DNA from: Giardia intestinalis
Taxonomy: Eukaryota
Assembly (NCBI GenBank): GCA_000002435.2
Contig: CM018791.1
DNA length: 64,000 nt
Direction: 5' to 3' (one strand)
Part shown: positions 30,901-38,477 of the stretch, piece by piece
How positions within the stretch are numbered: the first letter of the stretch is position 1
Layout: every line of letters starts with the position of its first letter
Notes under the pieces: generated by a model
Told to the model about the DNA's origin: nothing
The model's database searches: none
What the model saw: only the letters and a program-made list of their open reading frames with translations
Program-made: the position numbers and the translations under genes

Positions 30901-31493
30901 ATAACGTGAGCTGGACTGGCGGGCTGAGGACAGAAACCTTTCGAGGAATCGCTAGATAGTAAACCCGGCTCTCTGGCAGTAGCGAATGTCATAGTGACCT
31001 CTGGAACCATAGTGCTCTGAGCTGAATTTGGTCTGGAGAGCTGAGTAGTAGAAGATACTGCTGGTGTTTCAGAGATGTCCATCAAGCTGCTGAGTACTGT
31101 TGTATGGTCCTGGAGTGGTTTATCAAACGACTTGCTTTCTAAATTAATAGTATTAATAGTTGATGGGTCAGCAAGAAAGTTTCGATGATGTGGATTTTCA
31201 ACCACGTGAGAATCAGCTGCAAATGTCAAAATCATCTGAGTTACAGTTACATCTTCGTCTAGTGTACTTTCAGTAGAGCTTCTTGATTGGACAGAAGAGC
31301 TTTCCTTAGAACCTAAAGTAGTAGAGGATAGAACTTGAGGATGCTCACCAGCGTTTTCCTGGGCAATTGATGAATACTGATCTTGAGAATTTTGTTTAGG
31401 CACTTCATTGGAAGAATGCTTGATTAAAAATGAAGACTCGTGAGTTAAGGGCCTAGATAACGAATTTTCTTCTGCCTTATTTTGTGAATGCAT
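27912..31493 (-). CDS. Giant Ser/Thr/Pro-rich low-complexity ORF (1,224 aa in the track; about 1,193 aa from the first ATG at 31493). Possibly the frameshifted C-terminal continuation of gene 31739..34621 (see findings).
   Basis: Uninterrupted 3.6-kb ORF. The track start 31586 is a TTG. The same frame stays open with no start codon from the repeat array (about 31836) down to 31586. Confidence 0.5.
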   Translation of the reverse strand: MHSQNKAEENSLSRPLTHESSFLIKHSSNEVPKQNSQDQYSSIAQENAGEHPQVLSSTTLGSKESSSVQSRSSTESTLDEDVTVTQMILTFAADSHVVENPHHRNFLADPSTINTINLESKSFDKPLQDHTTVLSSLMDISETPAVSSTTQLSRPNSAQSTMVPEVTMTFATAREPGLLSSDSSKGFCPQPASPAHVITLSRSTIKRAHKPLDFPDEPGCEGQLDEFETCDLLAEQPEETYEETHSPSDSLVMHSSKRSRTPSCEQPRPEQTLKELAPHQPAPHVSTSANELIKQTPPIISVTNEVKQVTSPSIPPTKEYRATVIRKPKPTVWSKEPSISRRSAPSTPYIMTDCTAAHTFIETVPFAANASILGTVPGASTNLVFPDLPPPQFSNYSQVRENNLSILEEMSMADGPISSKALPAVSISRSHSTIPQHSNEYLLSRAFTPVDVIGEDVTGLVHHISTIPTTLEKSIVKALPSVRVSHARDASSELEGFPRSLAEFHASSQASSSLQIPNATAEVATSTLPTQRSSLLAEESRLQLEDLEAPIPAQFTEGPRLSNYVQQMHSSAPTLPLRSASVTKSIIEEMYADQDSQAMATAPLETSIIDELYSTNNLSITTSLEQPALILNHASLPANIQPQHKDDLISNFLAEQSIVQIIPGSIDVSKHERQDSFSAALYETTTNIDTILIPNSPVVVSTIELPLPTFTEPALSSLTTLPPVETMPSRTLCSPKRIANPAASLEKTPAPDDVSHDTSSYLPTEGSKMDPSDPYVAQDFFACTATTVQSATVARGSIPVVELNSSTQATEHSTALSSSSTVLPSQQHQTRSPSISMEPASLIKHFSKEPSSSSKRSLQLEEIDVQVQELNMSWTKNSEQHKTAVATQEHHSPAKVQHARLPPRVKSLEREKPSSEPASETSYRPIRTPSIESSTTHESIAPQINHRIALNDPLPQDLTIGPISSYHTDYSTHRTSAPTEAESKLDMGLFSEAHQPTSDHPSRFRDPEQISVHTAPDDVFSARSGEQSAIHASAAKVASRQEPSVSKDRPAGSASVGSNSRQWNDQLASSVVRRDKQISLDPHYNSSNDPQVLHVGTKESSHKDNSNSGTNRIASSVLQNIACIPSESDTITVSINQRRTGPRQVKKQSVYQSDTKKTSFYNEDGEIECAEAANPQPQSEATDLPVTGRKQRR

Positions 31494-31738
31494 AAAGTTC
31501 TCAATCAAAATATCGTAAGAAGTATCTCCATTACCATAAACATCTGTATTTAGCAAAGTATCCTCACACACCGTGTCTTCTGCCAAGGGCTTCTTTTGGT
31601 TTGTTCTCGATGCATCGGTAGGTTTTAATTTCCGTAAAGGTGGAAGGGATGATAAGGAATACGTTAGAACAAGCTCACTAACAGGTACATCTTCATTATC
31701 ACAAGCTGGAGTAAGTACTCCCTCATGTATATCGTTAA

Positions 31739-34621
31739 CTACAAGAAGGTCTTCGACGGGCTCCGCGGGCTCTGCAAGGCGTGCCTCCTCGGGCTCCTCA
31801 ACGGGCGCTTCAGGTTCTTCGACGGGCTCCGCGGGTCTGCAAGGCGTGCCTCCTCGGGCTCCTCAACGGGCGCTTCAGGTTCTTCGACGGGCTCCGCGGG
31901 GTCTGCAAGGCGTGCCTCCTCGGGCTCCTCAACGGGCGCTTCAGGTTCTTCGACGGGCTCCGCGGGCTCTGCAAGGCGTGCCTCCTCGGGCTCCTCAACG
32001 GGCGCTTCAGGTTCTTCGACGGGCTCCGCGGGGTCTGCAAGGCGTGCCTCCTCGGGCTCCTCAACGGGCGCTTCAGGTTCTTCGACGGGCGCCTCTTGCT
32101 GCTCGGGCTGTTTCTTTGCAGGAAGAGAAGAGTAACTCTTACTAGCAGTAAGCTGCTGTAAACCAACAGACTCAGGTTCCTTTCTACTTCGAGATTGTAA
32201 TAGCGGGGTCCCATCTGGTCGAGTAAAATCTGTTAGAGGAGTACTACATGGTTCGTCCAAGATGTCTTCGCGAATCCTAGATAAAAGGATGATATTATCA
32301 CAGACGTGCTCGTCGTCAACTTCATATACTTGAAAGTGTTTGGCTGTACTAGAATCCTCATAGTCTGTAGAGTCTAGACAGGCGTATCGCCCAGTACTAC
32401 TACTTCGTACTTGTGAAGTAGTGATCCTATCAAAATGACTAGAAGTGATCACCACACATGGAATGTATTCATCGTTGATATTAACTTGACTCTCAGGATG
32501 CTCGTTGTGTAGTAGATCAATTTCCCTTAGCAAGGATCCACCTGTCGAAAGAATATTTCTGGGTGAAGATATAGTTACAATAGTTGCGCTCATTACATCG
32601 TCTCGAGAGGCGATTTCCGTGGCAGTTGACGGCGGAAGCAACGTACACTCACTTATTTTGGGAATAAGGGCAGTAGCAGGAGAAATAATATTTAGATCTT
32701 TAGCATTGGTCGAGGAGCTTGGGGGCTGCGCAGTAAACTCAGCATATGGGTCCTCTGATGGTATGTCCAAACCTCCACTACTAGCTGCAAATGAAGGACC
32801 AACCACTTCTGGTTCAATAATATCTGGATCCTCATGATAACTTTGTTCATCATAGGTGCTTAAATTCTGAGTTGATGATATGGATGAGTGAGCTAGTGCT
32901 TGCATCTCTAGCGACTCCTCGTCCTTTGGAGGAGAAAGATTAACTATGGGAGCATCTTCGCGTAGATCATTGCCATCCATCTCAATAGTTGGTAGATCGG
33001 CTATCACTTCAGGTTGCGATGCAATCACAGCGGGAGATATTGACCCCGATGGCTCAAGCTGCACCTCGTGCTCATCAGGTTGTGGAAGTATAATATCCAG
33101 CGACGCCTTTAATGGTGGTAGAATAGTGGGCGCGCCTGATGAACCACTTAACGGTCTACTAGAGACATGAGTTGAAAGATGCTCATTAGATGCAAAATTC
33201 GCCTGTTCAGATTGACAAGCTTCGTTAGATACAGATGCATCTAAAGAAGAACGGTGGTCATCATCGGTAGAGCGTTCAATGTGAGCAATAGCAGAAGACT
33301 GTCTATGAGGAACAACACTTTCATCATCACCATCCGTTAGACGTCGTAGCAAGACTATTTTATTTGACCCTTCATCCTCCTGCGTAAAGATCCTGTCATA
33401 AACATCCAACGTATCCGAAGCTGAGAGCGGAGGAACAGCAACAATCCCACAATCACTTTTGTTTGCCTGCCTCATAAGATCGGTTAATTGGTTAATGGTT
33501 GTTCGCTCGACTGCAAATGCTGTGAACACTTCCTCTGGAGTCAGCTCCAGACAAGGAAGAGGAGCCTTGCCCATAGATGGCCCCCGCACCTGCTCTAAGT
33601 GTTCTACCCATCGCACCCCTAAATCATCTCCCTCAAAAGCAAACGTCATTGGAGGAGCAACCCCCAGTAGAAGAGCCAAGGATGCAAAATCATTGATAGG
33701 CGAGGCTGTGTCTACACCAGGGAGCATAACACATGCAGCTGGGGTATGAATGTTGTCATTTTGGTTTGAAAATTCTTCGTCTTTGACGCTATCCCACATA
33801 CCGTAGAAGGAAGATAACAGGGCTTTATGGTCAGATAAAGCTTGACTCTTGCTATACTTTAAAACAGTAAACATAACTGCAAAATCGACTTGATTGAAAC
33901 CTCTTTTCTTCATCCTCACGATGTAGTTTGGAGACTTCTGGGAAAATCCTGTTCTGAGAGGATTAAATGAAACTGGCTTTTCACAGATTACTCGTGATGC
34001 ATTGACGACAGAAACTATGGAAATTATAGATGACCGAAGAAGGAGGAGATCGTTTGCAAGGGACTTCCTGCTCCCCTTTCCTCCTTTCAAAGCGCTTTCA
34101 ATATTGCCAAAGGCGCTCTCATATTCCTGAATGCTTGTCAGGTATGCTTCTCTGAGATCTAAAAGAGCTTTTAACTTATTTATGTAGGTGGGGATCTCAG
34201 CCCTGTTTGCATCCAGTCGCTCATAAGCAAGATTGCGCTCTTCAATGCATACATCGAGGCTGTCCCACAGTGGTATAATATCTGTAAGAATATTCTTAGC
34301 CGTCTCAGTACGTCGCAACGGTGCTGGATTGTATGTGCGCGCAGTCTTGTAAGAAACGTCTTTTCTCGGCTTGTGCATTTGTTTTCTTGAGAGATCCGCG
34401 CTCATAAGCAAAGGATTTGCTTGCAAGTAGGGACTCTTGTAGGTGAACTTAGTGCCAGTCTGGGCAGACATGGCAGATGTATTAGTGACCAGACGCCCGC
34501 CAGAGGTAGGTCCACTATCACGACGAGACGTTCTCATTGCGTCAGTTTTTGGTGTGGATGATCGTAACACTGCCTGAGGTCTTGATCGGCCTCCAGTCCT
34601 CATAGATGAATCCGGAAACAT
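31739..34621 (-). CDS. Member C of the paralogous family, with C-terminal 22-aa acidic repeats (EPEAPVEEPEEARLADPAEPVE). The reading frame is disrupted inside the repeat array.
   Basis: Motifs WDSLDVCIEERNLAYERL, LKGGKGSRKSLANDLLLLRSSIISIVSVVNASRVICEKPV, LLLGVAPPMTFAFEGDDLGVRWVEHLE, VAVPPL. The track start 34702 is a GTG. Candidate ATGs are at 34621 and 34603. The tail ...ADPRSPSKNLKRPLRSPRRHALQSPRSPSKTFL* is the repeat read in the wrong frame after a 1-bp deletion. Confidence 0.6.
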   Translation of the reverse strand: MFPDSSMRTGGRSRPQAVLRSSTPKTDAMRTSRRDSGPTSGGRLVTNTSAMSAQTGTKFTYKSPYLQANPLLMSADLSRKQMHKPRKDVSYKTARTYNPAPLRRTETAKNILTDIIPLWDSLDVCIEERNLAYERLDANRAEIPTYINKLKALLDLREAYLTSIQEYESAFGNIESALKGGKGSRKSLANDLLLLRSSIISIVSVVNASRVICEKPVSFNPLRTGFSQKSPNYIVRMKKRGFNQVDFAVMFTVLKYSKSQALSDHKALLSSFYGMWDSVKDEEFSNQNDNIHTPAACVMLPGVDTASPINDFASLALLLGVAPPMTFAFEGDDLGVRWVEHLEQVRGPSMGKAPLPCLELTPEEVFTAFAVERTTINQLTDLMRQANKSDCGIVAVPPLSASDTLDVYDRIFTQEDEGSNKIVLLRRLTDGDDESVVPHRQSSAIAHIERSTDDDHRSSLDASVSNEACQSEQANFASNEHLSTHVSSRPLSGSSGAPTILPPLKASLDIILPQPDEHEVQLEPSGSISPAVIASQPEVIADLPTIEMDGNDLREDAPIVNLSPPKDEESLEMQALAHSSISSTQNLSTYDEQSYHEDPDIIEPEVVGPSFAASSGGLDIPSEDPYAEFTAQPPSSSTNAKDLNIISPATALIPKISECTLLPPSTATEIASRDDVMSATIVTISSPRNILSTGGSLLREIDLLHNEHPESQVNINDEYIPCVVITSSHFDRITTSQVRSSSTGRYACLDSTDYEDSSTAKHFQVYEVDDEHVCDNIILLSRIREDILDEPCSTPLTDFTRPDGTPLLQSRSRKEPESVGLQQLTASKSYSSLPAKKQPEQQEAPVEEPEAPVEEPEEARLADPAEPVEEPEAPVEEPEEARLAEPAEPVEEPEAPVEEPEEARLADPAEPVEEPEAPVEEPEEARLADPRSPSKNLKRPLRSPRRHALQSPRSPSKTFL
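31751..32079. repeat. Tandem repeat, 66 bp x 5 copies, inside CDS 31739..34621. Copy 2 (31817..31881) is 65 bp because it has GGGT instead of GGGGT/GGGCT.
   Basis: Unit CTTCGACGGGCTCCGCGGG[G/C]TCTGCAAGGCGTGCCTCCTCGGGCTCCTCAACGGGCGCTTCAGGTT. Copies at 31751, 31817, 31882, 31948 and 32014. Confidence 0.95.
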
Positions 34622-36525
34622 TTGGTCCGCGATTTTTAAAATCCGGTTATAAATACGCCGACTGTCTTGGGAGCTTAAAGGAGGTCCAAAGGCTGCGTTC
34701 ACTCACATCCGTCTCTCCTGCTTCAGGCTTGAGTTCACATTCTCTGCGACAAAACATGGCTACTCCTTCTCCTATTCGTAAGCATTCACAAAAGCAGGAA
34801 GAACGCCACGCCTTTTGGCGTTCACTTCTGCTAAAGTGTCCTGTGTTTGTTCCTGTTCAAGGGTCGACACACAAACTGCAAAAGATCACCGCTTACAGTA
34901 TCTCCAAGCATGTGAATCGTACACGAGCAAACAGTCAATTAAACCCAGTTAGAACCCCTCCCCTTTCCAGGTCATTAACCAAAGCTGTCCCTGGATCACT
35001 TCAAAATACCCGAACGCCGCGTGGCTCTGCTGTCAGCTCAACCATCCGGAACACACCTCCCATAAGAAAACCCGGCCTCACCACGTCTGTTCTTTCTAAT
35101 GACTCACTACTCTCACCATCCGGCACTACATCATTTGCAGTCTTCAAGCACCTCCCTAAGGGCTCTATAAATGGAAGTCTCTCTACGAGAAAGTCAACTG
35201 CAGAGCTGACTCTCTCAGAATGGACCCATCTCGAAGAAATGCAGACAGACTTAGGGCTTTGCGAGGCGGAAATTGCGTATTCAAAAGTTACGATCAAAAA
35301 CAACCCGGCATTGGGTAAAGCATACTTCCGTAGAACAAAAAACCTTACTGAGTACAATTCTGCGTATCGAATAGCATATAAGGAGCGTGCAATCGTCTTA
35401 GCTCGTGTCCAGAAAAATATAAAAGAGCTTCGTGGTTCACGCATCGCTCTGCTACGTTCTCTTGAGCGGCTTCGCGCTCTGACTATCTACATGTGCTCAT
35501 TGATTAATGCTGCTCGCTTGATCTGTGGGAAACCAGTAGTTCTGCCAGGGCTCAATTTATACAGTGAGCAAAACTGGCTCTATGACCTACGGCGTGAGCT
35601 CTTTATGAGCAGGAAAACCACCGCGATACTGCTTACGGTGTTCAAGCTCTTTGGTAGAAAAACATATGAGGATGTGCGCTCTGTTGTTGATGCGTATTTT
35701 ACATCGTGTATTACCGATTTTCCCCCTACTCTGTCACTGTCCGAGCAAGAGCTAAGCCGAACGCTTGGCATGCCACCTAATGAAGATGCTTCACTTAAGA
35801 GCACTATGTCAGCTTCTAGCGCCCCTGCGATCAACGGTAAGACAGCTAGTGATGATGGATCGTCGCAACCTACTCTTGAGGCAGCGTACATTCCCGACGA
35901 TAGCATGAATAACATGGGCTATTTCTCCAGAATGGACGGGCTATCTATGACCGATACCATCTATGATGAAGATGCAGATCTTGACAGAGTTACTGCGGGA
36001 GACGTGGCTCTCTACCTTTTGTTGGGTGTTAGCGCAGAAGAAATCTTCGACGGAGATGATTTGGCAGTGGCATGGAATACTCATATAGATAAAATCATAA
36101 ATACATATCAACGCCTATCAAATGTGGAATTAGAGGAGGTCCCGTCATTACAGGACCTGCCAATTGTAGACATTCCCTTGTTGACAGGGCTCCAAATTGT
36201 GGAGATGGCTCGAACAGAAACTTTTATTGTGTCTGATTACATAAACCTCCTCAAGGACTTCGATAACGTTGGCTTGGACGTTGTCAGAATACCAGTTGAT
36301 CCATCCGACCCCTTTGAGACGTATAGAGTTAACTTTGATCTATCTCTACTACGCGACAGTGCAGATCTAGCAGCATTTGAGTTAGATGGAAAATGTATTG
36401 GGTGCTCTTCTCTGTCCTCGAAAACTGCTCCTAGTTGCCCCGATGAAACAGCACATAGACCCAATAATTCTTCTCGCTCATCTGTATTTTCATTAACCAA
36501 GAGCATCTCAGTGGAGGAGAATTGA
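34606..36525 (+). CDS. Member D of the paralogous family. It is divergently oriented and its 5' end abuts or overlaps member C.
   Basis: Motifs KELRGSRIALLRSLERLRALTIYMCSLINAARLICGKPVVLPG, EQNWLYDLRRELFMSRKTTAILLTVFKLF, YLLLGVSAEEIFDGDDLAVAWNTHID, VVRIPVDP. ATG at 34606; an alternative ATG is at 34756 (MATPSPIRK). Confidence 0.6.
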   Translation: MNPETFGPRFLKSGYKYADCLGSLKEVQRLRSLTSVSPASGLSSHSLRQNMATPSPIRKHSQKQEERHAFWRSLLLKCPVFVPVQGSTHKLQKITAYSISKHVNRTRANSQLNPVRTPPLSRSLTKAVPGSLQNTRTPRGSAVSSTIRNTPPIRKPGLTTSVLSNDSLLSPSGTTSFAVFKHLPKGSINGSLSTRKSTAELTLSEWTHLEEMQTDLGLCEAEIAYSKVTIKNNPALGKAYFRRTKNLTEYNSAYRIAYKERAIVLARVQKNIKELRGSRIALLRSLERLRALTIYMCSLINAARLICGKPVVLPGLNLYSEQNWLYDLRRELFMSRKTTAILLTVFKLFGRKTYEDVRSVVDAYFTSCITDFPPTLSLSEQELSRTLGMPPNEDASLKSTMSASSAPAINGKTASDDGSSQPTLEAAYIPDDSMNNMGYFSRMDGLSMTDTIYDEDADLDRVTAGDVALYLLLGVSAEEIFDGDDLAVAWNTHIDKIINTYQRLSNVELEEVPSLQDLPIVDIPLLTGLQIVEMARTETFIVSDYINLLKDFDNVGLDVVRIPVDPSDPFETYRVNFDLSLLRDSADLAAFELDGKCIGCSSLSSKTAPSCPDETAHRPNNSSRSSVFSLTKSISVEEN

Positions 36526-36582
36526 CCCCTCTTTTCTGAGAGCCGCGGAAATTTAAAAAGCTTCGTCCTTTGCTTTTACCCC

Positions 36583-37104
36583 ATGTCGCTTTCGCCCATC
36601 AGCATGAAGACAAGCCATTGGCAATATAGGAGGCCCACAAAGCAGCACATGAGCTGGGACTACTTTGAGTTGCTGAATCTTTACCGCGCAATAACTTTCG
36701 CAGGACTGAGTTACCTCAGCGGTGACGGTTTGCCAGAGGATGACTTGGTGATTGAGCAGTTTTATACTCTGAAAAAGGACTATATAAAGAAGTTTGAGCC
36801 TCTGGCCGTTTATCAAATGTATAGGGCACAAGTTCAGCGTACTCTGTTGCTAGGGGTAAATCATGATTGGATGACCTCCTTGCTGAGCATAGTTTTCCGG
36901 CTGTTGCGCGCAGAGGCGTGTATTCCTCATGAGAAGATAATGGCAGTCATAAATAACTTAACAAACCACGTCCACGAATACATCAAGGAAAATGCAGAAC
37001 ACAGGATATCTGGCTTTCTTGAGCGGTGGTCCCTTTCTAATAATGTTTTGCCTTCTCGCTGTCCGTCGGCCCACTTCAAACGCACCACAAGGGAACGAAT
37101 TTAA
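36583..37104 (+). CDS. Hypothetical protein (173 aa).
   Basis: ORF with an ATG at 36583, 57 bp after the stop of member D. No recognisable domain. Confidence 0.4.
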   Translation: MSLSPISMKTSHWQYRRPTKQHMSWDYFELLNLYRAITFAGLSYLSGDGLPEDDLVIEQFYTLKKDYIKKFEPLAVYQMYRAQVQRTLLLGVNHDWMTSLLSIVFRLLRAEACIPHEKIMAVINNLTNHVHEYIKENAEHRISGFLERWSLSNNVLPSRCPSAHFKRTTRERI

Positions 37105-37109
37105 TAAAT

Positions 37110-38312
37110 ATGCCTTCTATTATTGACGCGAAGTCTTTTATAGAGGCACCCTCAAGGCATGGCCGTGCCTCTCCGCTCGATGCTGATCCTTGGGAAGATC
37201 TACCGACTATGAAGGTGGCCGTCGGAGCTGCACAACTGGTGTTACAAAAGTGCGGGGAGAGCAGTATGTTCTTGAACATGCACTACTCAACGAGCGTTAC
37301 TTCCCGCAAGATTGCAATCAGGACATCTCCCTTTTTAAACGAAAAGCGTGTCAGCCGAGGGGCTTTAGCTGGAGACCAAGGAATCCCTAGTCATGTCAAG
37401 CCCGCTGTTTCTGTTATATTACTTGTCTCTTCCGCGTGCGCTAAAGCAGCCTCAGAGATTAGGAAGCAGATTTATGAGAGGTTCTATTGTAAGGAGGCCC
37501 AGCATCCAATCACTGATCCCGGAGATGACTTCAATGTCGTCCTCATAATCACAAGAAAACATCTAGAAGCCATGTTTAACAAGCACACAGGCTCGTTTGT
37601 GCGCACGTACTATTACGATAAACTTACAGAACTGCGCCGTGGTACGCGGCTCATGTGCTTAATGGACATTAGATTGCAGAAAGACCCTGTTGAGGGTAAA
37701 GTAATGACAACGCTGATGCAAGCTTTCACTGCTCCGCCATATGTTTTGGACATTAACTGCAAGGATTTTACTTTTAAGGTCATCGCGGGCTGCTTGGGCC
37801 ATGATCTATGGCTCTACCCGTGGAGAGAGGCCTCTCTCAATTCTACCGAAATTTCCTTGATGAACTCCCATGCACGAACAGAGTACTTGCACATCCGTGA
37901 CTTCATCACAACCTATGACGCCCGAAAGGCACGGACAGCAGCTGTGGACTCAGATGGTAACTGCTATCTCTTAGAAAGTAGGAAAGTCCTTCCATCTGAG
38001 TTTTCCATAACCATGCTGCATTTGAGTGGCGGGAAAGTGGAGAATTGTTTCGTTGGATCCACAAAAGAGCCACCCGATATGATAGCAAAGCGCATTTTCC
38101 TAGTTGGGAAAGTCCTTAGACTGGCATGTCCTGATCTTACGGTCTCTGCTTTTACTGTAGGGGGGATTTCTGCTCCACAAGTGCCTCTCTCGCAAGAGGG
38201 GCTGGGGTCATTGAGAACCTCCACTTTAGAGCTACCTAAATTGGATGGGCGGACGCACCCTATGAGTTCTAGAGATACCAAGCACAACAAAAGAAGTAAA
38301 GTGAAACTTTGA
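37110..38312 (+). CDS. Hypothetical protein (400 aa).
   Basis: ATG at 37110, only 5 bp after the upstream TAA. The leader GAATTTAATAAATATG is AT-rich. No recognisable domain. Confidence 0.45.
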   Translation: MPSIIDAKSFIEAPSRHGRASPLDADPWEDLPTMKVAVGAAQLVLQKCGESSMFLNMHYSTSVTSRKIAIRTSPFLNEKRVSRGALAGDQGIPSHVKPAVSVILLVSSACAKAASEIRKQIYERFYCKEAQHPITDPGDDFNVVLIITRKHLEAMFNKHTGSFVRTYYYDKLTELRRGTRLMCLMDIRLQKDPVEGKVMTTLMQAFTAPPYVLDINCKDFTFKVIAGCLGHDLWLYPWREASLNSTEISLMNSHARTEYLHIRDFITTYDARKARTAAVDSDGNCYLLESRKVLPSEFSITMLHLSGGKVENCFVGSTKEPPDMIAKRIFLVGKVLRLACPDLTVSAFTVGGISAPQVPLSQEGLGSLRTSTLELPKLDGRTHPMSSRDTKHNKRSKVKL

Positions 38313-38477
38313 ATGTGTTTGTGCATTTTATGCGTAACGACTCGACCTGGTACTGAGGTGGAATACAGAGTCGAATTCTCGGATACACAACTTTGTTCTA
38401 GTTATGTTCTGGTTGCCTTGGTATCTCTACAGCTGGTAAGACACATACAGATTGATTTTAAAAAGTCCAAAATTCCG

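Noticed and set aside
31573-32214. Plus- and minus-strand ORFs (31573-32145 +, 31725-32135 +, 31781-32161 +, 31810-32214 -) over the 66-bp repeat array.
   Set aside because: These are alternative frames of the repeat. They do confirm the copy-2 indel, because each switches frame at the same point.
38313-38477. An ATG at 38313 immediately after the upstream TGA, giving a 55-aa N-terminal extension to the TPR protein.
   Set aside because: The extension is low-complexity (MCLCILCVTT...) and contains the AT-rich initiator for ATG 38478. It is more likely to be 5' leader or promoter than coding.
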